NCBI GenBank assembly: GCA_964489705.1
Contig: CAZAZQ010000008.1
Location: 4,416 to 68,415 of the forward strand
Reading direction: 5' to 3'
Length of the DNA: 64,000 bases
Source of the DNA: an uncultured Ignavibacteriales bacterium
GTDB taxonomy: Bacteria > Zixibacteria > MSB-5A5 > GN15 > FEB-12
The translations under genes were made by a program, and so were the position numbers. Every line of letters starts with the position of its first letter. The first letter of the stretch is position 1. The notes beneath the pieces are model-generated. The model did not search any database. It was not told the DNA's origin and worked only from the letters and a program-made list of their open reading frames with translations. Shown in pieces: positions 8,369-16,475 of this stretch.

Positions 8369-8498
8369 AAATCGATATGCACGAGCCTCATGCGGTTGTT
8401 TCAACCGTTTTTGCTTGTTTTTTCCGCCATGATTGCTTCAAAATATGGTATATTTATACCGAAGTGCAAGCGCTTATTGAAATTCGAGTGAGTTTTCG

Positions 8499-9635
8499 AT
8501 GACGAAAAAGGAAGACCGCACAATCGAACCGGTGGAGCAGCAGTCCACCGACCGGATTATCTCTTTCAAATTGCTGCAACTTAACGTGCACTATGCTTTA
8601 ACCCACAGCTTTTACGCCCTTCAGGTAATGGAGGGCTTGCTCCAGCGGGAAAAGAGCACTCCCCTTGACCGGCAGGCTGCCGCCGAAACGGCGGTCGATG
8701 TTCATGATGCGATTTCCAAAGCCGCCTTTTACGTCAACGCCATCACGAAGGGAGCACATGTCGATGTGTACTTGAAGCTGGATAAGCTCAAAGAGAAAAT
8801 CATCACCTTGTTCAAAACCCCCGAGCCCGGCGTGGGCGGTGCATCGTCAAGAGCCTCAACCTCTTCCGACGACGAAACGCTTGCCATGCTGCGCTCGCTC
8901 CTTGCGGCGCAGAAAGAAGACACGGCTGCCGCACCCATGACGGTGACGGAACCTCCCGAGACATTGAAACAGTTGCTCTGGTACTGTTTCCACGTGCTGC
9001 TCGACGCTTTGCAAGCTCGTCTTCAACCGGTGTTTGATGGAGCCGCACACTCTTCCCTCCGCCACCCCCTTCGGGCTCTCCCTATCGGATATCTTGATAA
9101 AGACACGCTCCTTGCCGAGCATGAAGATGCCGATTTCGATGTCACCCCCTACCAAGCTCCGAATGAGGCAACCCAGGCGTTGCTTGCCGGTTTTGAGGAA
9201 GTCACTCAGTCACACCTTTATGAGACTCCCTCGCTTGGTACGGTTGAAAAAAATGTGGGTGTGCTTTTGTACTCCAAAGACACCGTGACATTGTACCACC
9301 TCACGAGCCGCTTTCGCACCATTATCGTCGCCAACAGCTTCGAAGCGGTCAGCGGCAATTATATTTATTTGCTGGTCGAACCGCTCATGGCGGCGCCGAC
9401 ACGAGAGTTTTACGACTTGATGATAGTGAAGATTCTCTACTGGCTGGATTTTGTGACGTTTCCCTCGCCGAGCGTCACTTTTGCCGGGATAAAGAATCTA
9501 ACGTATAATGAAATGAAAAGTCACGTGAATATGCTGGGGAAAATGCTTGCCTTTGCCAATGCTCCGACCGTGACCCCGACTACCACGGCGGAGGCGCAAC
9601 AGCAAGTCGAAGTATTTTGGGAGAGGGTTGTGTAA
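8499..9635 (+). CDS. Hypothetical protein (378 aa, no recognisable domain)
   Basis: This is a long ORF transcribed divergently from the kinase-like gene. It ends 6 nt before the next gene. Its composition is coding-like. Confidence 0.6.
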   Translation: MTKKEDRTIEPVEQQSTDRIISFKLLQLNVHYALTHSFYALQVMEGLLQREKSTPLDRQAAAETAVDVHDAISKAAFYVNAITKGAHVDVYLKLDKLKEKIITLFKTPEPGVGGASSRASTSSDDETLAMLRSLLAAQKEDTAAAPMTVTEPPETLKQLLWYCFHVLLDALQARLQPVFDGAAHSSLRHPLRALPIGYLDKDTLLAEHEDADFDVTPYQAPNEATQALLAGFEEVTQSHLYETPSLGTVEKNVGVLLYSKDTVTLYHLTSRFRTIIVANSFEAVSGNYIYLLVEPLMAAPTREFYDLMIVKILYWLDFVTFPSPSVTFAGIKNLTYNEMKSHVNMLGKMLAFANAPTVTPTTTAEAQQQVEVFWERVV

Positions 9636-9641
9636 GCCGGA

Positions 9642-12167
9642 ATGTTGTGGGTGAATAAAAAGAAGCGGCGCGAGCGGGTGCTGGAATTGGAAAAGCGGTT
9701 CCGCTGGAAGCTGGAAAATTTACGACACCTGCTGCGTTTGAACAGCTACCTGATGGAAGTGCTCTCCGATGTGCAATCGTTCGTCGGTGAGCGGGTTCCC
9801 AACGACGACTACACCTACCACCAGATATCCGATCTCGTGGAGGGGGTGGCGCTGATGATAGAGTGCCTCGACAATCTGACCGACGGCGAGTTCCATGAGT
9901 TGTATTATCGGCACCGGCAGATCAGCGGGAAAATCCAGTTTCTCCTGATGCAGAACAAAACCAAGGGGGAGCCGGTCTTTGTCCGTTCGCTTGATGAGGT
10001 TTCCCGGAGCGACATCAACGAAGTGGGCGGAAAGGCGGCTCACCTTGGCGAGCTGAGAAAAGTTCTTCCCGACCATGTCCCTCCCGGCTTCGTCGTCACC
10101 ACCTCGGCGTACCACCGCCTATTGAACGAAAACAACCTCGACGGTCAAATCCGCGCCTTGTATGCCACTATCGAGACGGACGACCTGCCGCACGTCAAGG
10201 AAGTCTGTGCGGAGATAAAACGTTACGTGGAGAACAGCCTTATTCCCGAACCGGTCATGGAGGAAATCGAAAAGCACCTTGGAGAAACCTGTCCGCAGCA
10301 GGGATGTACCTGGGCGGTACGCTCCAGCGCCGTCGGAGAGGACGGTTCTCTCTCTTTTGCCGGGCAGTTCGAGAGCATTCTCAACGTTCCCCCACCCAAA
10401 GTGGCAAATGCGTATGTGAAAGTTCTCGCCAGCCGGTTCAATCCACATGCCGTATTGTACCGCCTCGAGCACAACATCACCGAAGCGGAAAGCTCCATGG
10501 CGGTGCTGTTCATTCCGATTATCCGGGCGGCGGTGTCGGGAGTCATTTACACCGTCGACCCGCACCATCCGGAGAGCAACCGGATGGTCATCTCTGCCGT
10601 TCCCGGTTTGGCGGCGGAGCTGGTCGGCGGTTCGGCGCAAGCCGACTCGTTTTACCTCAATCGGGAGAGCTTGACAATCGAAGAGCATAAAACTGCGGCG
10701 AAAAAGACAAAGCTTGTCACAGCCGAGGAAGGGCTTGCCCAACAGGAAATACCCCAAGACCGGCAAACCGAGCTTTCTCTGACTTCTCGGCAGGCGGCTG
10801 AGTTGGGGAAATTGGCGCTGAAAATTGAAGATTACTTCGGTACTGCCAGCGACATTGAATGGGCAATTGACGAGCAGGGGAAGTGCTGGATTTTACAATC
10901 CCGCCCTTTGAAACTGCGTCGACAAGAGAGAATCGATTCCGATATTCCCCAGGACAGCAAACTGCTGGCGGAAGGCGGGGTGACCATTTACCCGGGACGG
11001 GCGCAAGGACGCTTGCAATACCTCCCCACCCTCGACCAGCTCAATAAAGTCGAGCCGGGAGTCATTTTGTTGGTGCGGGATGCGCTGCCGCAGATCGTTT
11101 CCGTCTTCCCGCGCTTGGCAGGCTTGATTACCGAAGTAGGGCATCCCACCGGTCATGCCGCTACCTTGGCGCGCGAATACAACCTGCCGACCATTTTCAA
11201 CCTCCCCAACGCCTGCGAGGAACTCAAAGAGGTCAGCGAGGTCGGCTTGGATGCTTCCCGGCGGCGCGTCTATGCGGGGCTGCCGTGGCCCGACCTGCCG
11301 CAAAAGAGCGTCCGCAGGGAAAAGTCTGCTGCTAAAAAGGAAGGCACCTTGGACGAGTTGCTTTTCCGGTTGAATTTGGTGGACACGGCGGCGGGGAATT
11401 TTTCGCCCGAAGGGTGTCAATCGCTGCACGACATGATTCGCTTCATCCATGAGAAAGCGGTGACCGCGCTTTTTGATATCGGAGACGACCAAGTCAAAAA
11501 TCTGAAAGAAAATCTCCTCCTGTTGGATACCCCTATCCCGCTGCACCTGACGGTGCTCGATATCGGCAGAGCTATCGAGGAACGACTTATCCGTAAGAAG
11601 AAAATCCCGCCGGAAGGGATTCAATCCATTCCCTTCCGGGCGTTGTGGCGAGGGATTCGTCATCCCGACCTTCGCTGGGCGGGACGCCAGAGCGTGAGCC
11701 TGTCGGGATTGGCGTCGGTAGTCATGTCTTCCATGAATGAGGAAATCCAAGCCGCCCGGCAACTGGGAGCCCGGAATTATCTTATCGTCAGCCGTGACTA
11801 TCTCAATTTCAACGCCCGCCTGGCGTATCACTATTCTATGATAGATGCTTTGGTGTGCGAACGGTGTGTCAACAATTACATCAGTTTCCGTTTCCGCGGC
11901 GGCGGTGCGGCCCGAGCCCGGCGCGGGCTGCGCGCCAAATTTATTGCGGGAGTGTTGTTGTATGAAGGGTTCTCCGTCGATAGGCGGGAAGACCTCGTCA
12001 CGGCGTGGTACAAGGGGTACAACAAAGAAGAGTGCGAAAAGCGGCTGGAGATGCTCGGCATTCTTATGGGCTGCGCCCGCCAGCTCGATATGCTCTTCGA
12101 CAGCAAAGCCAAGGTCAAGTTCTACATTGAGCAATTCCTGGAAGGAAACTACCAGGCTTTCCATTAG
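9642..12167 (+). CDS. PEP synthase/PPDK-like phosphotransferase: ATP-grasp domain, swivel phosphohistidine domain and an unknown C-terminal domain
   Basis: The PPDK_N motif is INEVGGKAAHLGELRK and the swivel domain is GLITEVGHPTGHAATLAREYNLPTI. The last roughly 300 aa lack the PEP-binding TIM-barrel motif seen in the true PtsI of this window (GTNDLTQY). Confidence 0.8.
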   Translation: MLWVNKKKRRERVLELEKRFRWKLENLRHLLRLNSYLMEVLSDVQSFVGERVPNDDYTYHQISDLVEGVALMIECLDNLTDGEFHELYYRHRQISGKIQFLLMQNKTKGEPVFVRSLDEVSRSDINEVGGKAAHLGELRKVLPDHVPPGFVVTTSAYHRLLNENNLDGQIRALYATIETDDLPHVKEVCAEIKRYVENSLIPEPVMEEIEKHLGETCPQQGCTWAVRSSAVGEDGSLSFAGQFESILNVPPPKVANAYVKVLASRFNPHAVLYRLEHNITEAESSMAVLFIPIIRAAVSGVIYTVDPHHPESNRMVISAVPGLAAELVGGSAQADSFYLNRESLTIEEHKTAAKKTKLVTAEEGLAQQEIPQDRQTELSLTSRQAAELGKLALKIEDYFGTASDIEWAIDEQGKCWILQSRPLKLRRQERIDSDIPQDSKLLAEGGVTIYPGRAQGRLQYLPTLDQLNKVEPGVILLVRDALPQIVSVFPRLAGLITEVGHPTGHAATLAREYNLPTIFNLPNACEELKEVSEVGLDASRRRVYAGLPWPDLPQKSVRREKSAAKKEGTLDELLFRLNLVDTAAGNFSPEGCQSLHDMIRFIHEKAVTALFDIGDDQVKNLKENLLLLDTPIPLHLTVLDIGRAIEERLIRKKKIPPEGIQSIPFRALWRGIRHPDLRWAGRQSVSLSGLASVVMSSMNEEIQAARQLGARNYLIVSRDYLNFNARLAYHYSMIDALVCERCVNNYISFRFRGGGAARARRGLRAKFIAGVLLYEGFSVDRREDLVTAWYKGYNKEECEKRLEMLGILMGCARQLDMLFDSKAKVKFYIEQFLEGNYQAFH

Positions 12168-12180
12168 GTGTAAGGAGGAA

Positions 12181-12281
12181 AGGTCTCGAAGAGACCTTCC
12201 AATAGTTAAGTAAAGTGGCAGGTCTGTCCCAGACCGTGCCCTACCAAGATAAATGTGAGAGAAAGGCGGATCCGTTCCGGA
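12181..12281 (+). repeat. Composite hairpin repeat with H3, H1 and a 40-bp tail
   Basis: AGGTCTC-GAA-GAGACCT is a perfect hairpin at 12181-12197. The stretch 12212..12281 is a 70-bp exact inverted copy of 364..433. The stretch 12181..12245 is an inverted copy of 2074..2137. Confidence 0.9.
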
Positions 12282-12370
12282 TCTTCATTACGATTTTTCA
12301 CGCCATGTTGTCGACGCGCCGTCAGGAATCCTTTCCTGACGGTCACCATTCTTCCTTTTTGGCAGGGTCG

Positions 12371-12454
12371 GTCGGGAAGGGGTTCCCGACCGCGCACACC
12401 CTGAGGGTGTTTTACTTTAGCAAAGTAGCAGCTCTGTACCGGACCATGCCCTAC
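12371..12454 (+). repeat. Composite hairpin repeat with H2 and a degenerate H1
   Basis: GTCGGGAAGGGGTTCCCGAC plus CACCCTGAGGGTG-TTTTACTTTAG matches 2022..2071. It is followed by GTAGCAGCTCTGTACCGGACCATGCCCTAC. Confidence 0.85.
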
Positions 12455-12608
12455 TCGATAAAACACCCTTAGGGTGCCACCTCAGGCAGCGAGGCACTCC
12501 AAGCAAAATAAAGCACCCGTAGAGTGTGTTGCCGGTGCTTTCCCTCTTTCTTTTCTCTCGAGATTTTCCTATACTTTTGCAGTATGAACCAAGTGTGGAG
12601 GATAAAGT

Positions 12609-14045
12609 ATGTCGTCTCATATTAACGAAATTTCATCACCGAGCATTGAAAATATATCATTGGGGCAATTACCGGAGCTTCTTATCGGTGCCGATACGGT
12701 CGTGCCGACGCTGCACGGCTCGCAACGCTACGTCAACTTCGACAACGCCGCCTCAACACCGACTTTTCAACCTATCGCCGACGCCGTCATGGATTTTCTG
12801 AAATGGTATTCCAATGTCCATCGGGGCACCGGCTTCAAATCGCAGCTTTCCAGTTGGGCGTTTGAGCGCTCCCGCGATCTGGTGGCGGAATTCATCAAAG
12901 CCGACCTCGACAAGCAGGTGGTTATCTTTACCATGAATTCCACCGAAGCCATCAACAAACTCTCCCGCCGCTTCCCTCTCAAAGAAGACGACATCATTCT
13001 GACCACTCTTATGGAGCACCACTCCAACGAGCTGCCGTGGCGGCGGGCGGGAAAGGTGGAGCATGTCGGCTTGGAAATCGACGGCACCATCTCCAAGTAT
13101 GACTTCCTGTCCAAGATTACCGCTTTCGGCTCGCGCATCAAGCTGGTGGCGATGAGCGGTGCCTCGAACGTGACGGGGTATATCAACGACATTGATTTCT
13201 TTGCCGAAAAAGCGCACGAAATCGGAGCGAAAATCTTGGTCGATGCCGCCCAGTTGGCGCCGCACCGTCCTATCGATATGAAGCCGGATGACCCCAAGCA
13301 CTGTATCGACTTTCTTGTCTTTTCCGCCCATAAGATGTATGCGCCGTTTGGAGTGGGTATCTTGGTGGGTGACAAAGCCATCTTCGAGCAAGGTGACCCG
13401 GAGACGGTTGGGGGAGGGGTGGTGGATATTGTAACGCTGGAGGATGCCTACTGGACCGACCTGCCGGAAAAAGAAGAAGCCGGCACGCCGGATATCGTCG
13501 GCGTGGTGGCGCTGGGCAAGGCGATCCGTTTGTTCCAATCGCTGGGTTGGGAAGCGGTTATTCAACATGAAGCCGAACTGACCGCTTACGCTCTCGAGCA
13601 ACTGGAAAAAATACCCGCCGTTACCCTCTACGGCGACACCGACCCGAAAAACGCCGCTCAACGGTTGGGGGTTATTTCTTTCAATATTGTCGGCGTTCCT
13701 CACGCTTTGGTGGCGGCGATACTCAGTTACGAAGGAGCCATCGGGGTACGGGCGGGGTGTTTTTGCGCCCATACGTATGTGAAGTCCTTGCTCCATGTTC
13801 CCGAGGAAGAATCGAAAGCCATCGAAGAGCAGATTTTGGCGCGCGACCGCTCAAACATTCCCGGGGCGGTGCGAATATCGTTTGGGTTGTACAACACCAA
13901 AGAGGAAATCGACCGGCTCATCGAAATGGTGCGCAAAATCGCCGACGGCGACTACAATAGTGAGGACTATATCCTCAACAAAGAAAAAGGTGAGTATACC
14001 CACAAGAGTTTTCAGTTTGACTTTGAGAAGTATTTTAGGCTATAA
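12609..14045 (+). CDS. Class V aminotransferase / cysteine desulfurase-like PLP enzyme
   Basis: GGAGG lies upstream of the ATG. The PLP-lysine motif is [17 protein letters not shown]. The N-terminal NFDNAAST and the overall SufS/CsdA-like layout are present. Confidence 0.85.
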   Translation: MSSHINEISSPSIENISLGQLPELLIGADTVVPTLHGSQRYVNFDNAASTPTFQPIADAVMDFLKWYSNVHRGTGFKSQLSSWAFERSRDLVAEFIKADLDKQVVIFTMNSTEAINKLSRRFPLKEDDIILTTLMEHHSNELPWRRAGKVEHVGLEIDGTISKYDFLSKITAFGSRIKLVAMSGASNVTGYINDIDFFAEKAHEIGAKILVDAAQLAPHRPIDMKPDDPKHCIDFLVFSAHKMYAPFGVGILVGDKAIFEQGDPETVGGGVVDIVTLEDAYWTDLPEKEEAGTPDIVGVVALGKAIRLFQSLGWEAVIQHEAELTAYALEQLEKIPAVTLYGDTDPKNAAQRLGVISFNIVGVPHALVAAILSYEGAIGVRAGCFCAHTYVKSLLHVPEEESKAIEEQILARDRSNIPGAVRISFGLYNTKEEIDRLIEMVRKIADGDYNSEDYILNKEKGEYTHKSFQFDFEKYFRL

Positions 14046-14046
14046 T
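14017..14046 (+). promoter_or_regulatory. Near-consensus sigma-70 promoter embedded in the 3' end of the upstream gene, driving the ATPase gene as a leaderless mRNA
   Basis: TTGACT (14017-14022), an 18-nt spacer, then TATAAT (14041-14046). The ATG at 14054 is 7 nt after the -10 box. No Shine-Dalgarno sequence is present. Confidence 0.5.
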
Positions 14047-14053
14047 TATTTGT

Positions 14054-15283
14054 ATGAGCAAGTTAAACGAAAAGAAAAAAACCGTCCCTCGCATTGAAGA
14101 GCTAAGGGTTCGGAACTACCGAGCTCTTCGTAATCTCAAACTTACAGACCTTACCCCTTTGACTGCTTTTGTTGGTCCCAACGGAAGTGGAAAATCAACG
14201 ATTTTTGACGTATTTGCTTTTTTATCAGAATGTTTCACCGCTGGCTTGCGGCGAGCGTGGGATAAACGGGGAAGATTCAAGGAGCTTCTTACCCGTGGTG
14301 CAGAAGGGGAAGTTGTCATTGAATTGAAATACCGAGAGCGAAAAGACCTACCTCTCCTTACTTATCATCTGGCAATCCATGAGAAAGACAGAGTTCCCTT
14401 TGTAGCTGAGGAGTGGTTGGCATGGCGGAGAGGGGCACGGGGAAAGCCATTTCGTTTTTTGGAATTCAAGGAAGGGCAGGGGCGTGTTGTCTCTGGTGAG
14501 CAACCCGAAGAAAAGGATGAAAGGATAGACGAGCAACTGGACTCTCCCGAAGCTTTGGCTGTCAATACCCTCGGTCAGTTCACAAAACATCCTCGAGTGA
14601 GCGCCCTCCGTCGTTTCATCACTAGTTGGCATCTCTCATACTTCACAGCCGACCATACACGTAAAATTCCCGAGGCAGGCTCTCAAGAACATTTGTCCCA
14701 AACAGGAGATAATCTTCCCAATGTCATTCAATACCTTAACGAACAACATCCTCAACGTTTGGAAGAAATCCTCTCTATACTCAAGCAACGTGTCCCGCGA
14801 CTTGACAAGATTCAAACGGAATTTCTTGCCGATGGAAGATTGCTTCTCCAAATAAAAGACGCTCCATTCGATGAGCCTATTTTGGCAAAGTTTGCTTCGG
14901 ATGGAACTCTCAAGATGCTTGCCTATCTTACACTCCTCTATGACCCAGATCCTCCCCAGCTCATCGGTATTGAAGAGCCTGAAAATCATCTTCATCCCCG
15001 CCTCTTGCCCGAGCTTGCAGAAGAATGCCGGAAAGCTTCCGAACATTCTCAAATTTTGGTCACTACTCATTCCCCTTTCTTCGTAAACGGCTTGCGTCCT
15101 GAGGAAGTTTGGTCAATTTACCGAGATAAAAACGGATTCACTCAAGCCCGTAAAGCGTCGGAAATGAAGAGTATTTCAGACCTTATAAATGAGGGAGCGA
15201 ATTTGGGCTACCTTTGGACAGAAGGTTTTTTTGATTCTGGAGATCCTCTTACTAATGCTGGCGAGCCTTTGGAAGAAGAATAA
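14054..15283 (+). CDS. ABC/OLD-type AAA ATPase (AAA_15/AAA_21-like)
   Basis: Walker A is [14 protein letters not shown], the signature-like motif is [11 protein letters not shown], Walker B/D-loop is [16 protein letters not shown] and the H-loop is LVTTHSPFF. Confidence 0.85.
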   Translation: MSKLNEKKKTVPRIEELRVRNYRALRNLKLTDLTPLTAFVGPNGSGKSTIFDVFAFLSECFTAGLRRAWDKRGRFKELLTRGAEGEVVIELKYRERKDLPLLTYHLAIHEKDRVPFVAEEWLAWRRGARGKPFRFLEFKEGQGRVVSGEQPEEKDERIDEQLDSPEALAVNTLGQFTKHPRVSALRRFITSWHLSYFTADHTRKIPEAGSQEHLSQTGDNLPNVIQYLNEQHPQRLEEILSILKQRVPRLDKIQTEFLADGRLLLQIKDAPFDEPILAKFASDGTLKMLAYLTLLYDPDPPQLIGIEEPENHLHPRLLPELAEECRKASEHSQILVTTHSPFFVNGLRPEEVWSIYRDKNGFTQARKASEMKSISDLINEGANLGYLWTEGFFDSGDPLTNAGEPLEEE

Positions 15284-15301
15284 GTTCCGCTTCAAACTAA
15301 C

Positions 15302-15937
15302 ATGATGTCTCCAGGAGTAGAACCATTGTTTCTTTCATTTTTCGTTGAGGAGAAGTCAGCGGAAATCACTCTGCGGAATATTATCCCCAAAATGGTAGGG
15401 GGTGAGTGCAAATTCAGAATCCTTTCCTTTCAAGGAAAGTATGATTTGTTGAGTAAACTGCCGCATTACTTAAAAAGCTATCCGAAATCACTTCCCGACA
15501 ATTCGTACATAATAGTTTTGATCGACAGAGACAATGATGATTGTCGGTTACTCAAACAGAAGCTCGAAGCTATAGCTAAAGAAACGGGACTCTTTACAAA
15601 GAGCAATCCTGACCCCCACGGACGTTACCAGGTCATCAACCGAATTGTCATTGAAGAACTCGAAGCTTGGTTTTTTGGTGACATTGATGCGATTCAAGCA
15701 GCATACCCGAGAATTATCTCCCGGAGGCTTGGTAGGAAGCAGCCCTATAGAGATCCCGATGCTATTTCCGGGGGAACATGGGAAGCTTTAGAGAAAGAAC
15801 TCAAAAAGGCTGGCTATTACCGTAATGGTATGCCTAAAATTGAAACTGCCCGGAAAATCTCAGAGTATATGCTACCTATACGGAATAGATCAAAGAGCTT
15901 TCAAGTTTTCATGAATACCTTGAAGGAGTTGTGCTAA
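15302..15937 (+). CDS. DUF4276-family protein (Toprim-like, putative nuclease partner of the ATPase)
   Basis: It carries an N-terminal Glu (FFVEEKSAE), a DxD motif (VLIDRDNDDC) and IEELEAWFFGD. Together these give the Toprim-type acidic pattern recalled for DUF4276. It starts 18 nt after the ATPase stop. Confidence 0.75.
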   Translation: MMSPGVEPLFLSFFVEEKSAEITLRNIIPKMVGGECKFRILSFQGKYDLLSKLPHYLKSYPKSLPDNSYIIVLIDRDNDDCRLLKQKLEAIAKETGLFTKSNPDPHGRYQVINRIVIEELEAWFFGDIDAIQAAYPRIISRRLGRKQPYRDPDAISGGTWEALEKELKKAGYYRNGMPKIETARKISEYMLPIRNRSKSFQVFMNTLKELC

Positions 15938-16010
15938 ACGTTCAAGTTTGATAAAATACAGGTTCAATAAGAAATGTTATTATCGGATGCTGGTTACGGA
16001 GGGAAAAAAG

Positions 16011-16400
16011 ATGGCGATGATACGACGTATCTGGGATGTGACCCTCACCGTCGAAGATCTGCAGAAAGCCGTCGACTTCTATGAAAACATCCTTGGGCTG
16101 CAAAAGAAGTATCAATTCAAAGATTATGCGGGTTTCGACTGCGGAGGGGTTGAAATAGGACTGAAGACGTGGGGCGAGCGCGAAAACCCTCGCAAGGGCG
16201 AGCCGATGTTCGACCTGTTGGTAGACGATGTCGATGAGATCTATCGCACCCTCAAAGACAAGGGCGTAGAATTCGTCGAGCCGCCCAAAGATACGCAATG
16301 GGGCAGTCGAGCGGCGGCGGTGAGCGACCCTGACGGGCATGTCATCGGCTTGATGCAAATATACTGGGACAAGTATTTCCAAGCCTGCGCCCCGAAATAA
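16011..16400 (+). CDS. VOC/glyoxalase-bleomycin-resistance family protein
   Basis: GGAGGG lies upstream of the ATG at 16011. The motif VTLTVEDLQKAVDFYENILGL and the ending ...AAVSDPDGHVIGL are typical of the VOC fold. Confidence 0.8.
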   Translation: MAMIRRIWDVTLTVEDLQKAVDFYENILGLQKKYQFKDYAGFDCGGVEIGLKTWGERENPRKGEPMFDLLVDDVDEIYRTLKDKGVEFVEPPKDTQWGSRAAAVSDPDGHVIGLMQIYWDKYFQACAPK

Positions 16401-16475
16401 AGGCATCAACGTAACACATCAAGGGTAATTTTTCAAGATAAGCGTGTAATCGTCGTCGGCAAGGGTGGGGCAGGG

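Noticed and set aside
10893-13796. Long antisense ORFs, 10893-12164 (423 aa) and 12753-13796 (347 aa).
   Set aside because: They lie opposite the PEP-synthase-like gene and the PLP-enzyme gene, both of which have clear motifs. This is the typical shadow-ORF pattern of GC-biased third positions.
14046-16010. Calling the ATPase/DUF4276 island a mobile element.
   Set aside because: I found no integrase, transposase, tRNA attachment site or flanking direct repeats. Only compositional evidence supports horizontal origin, so it is reported as an island and not as a mobile element.
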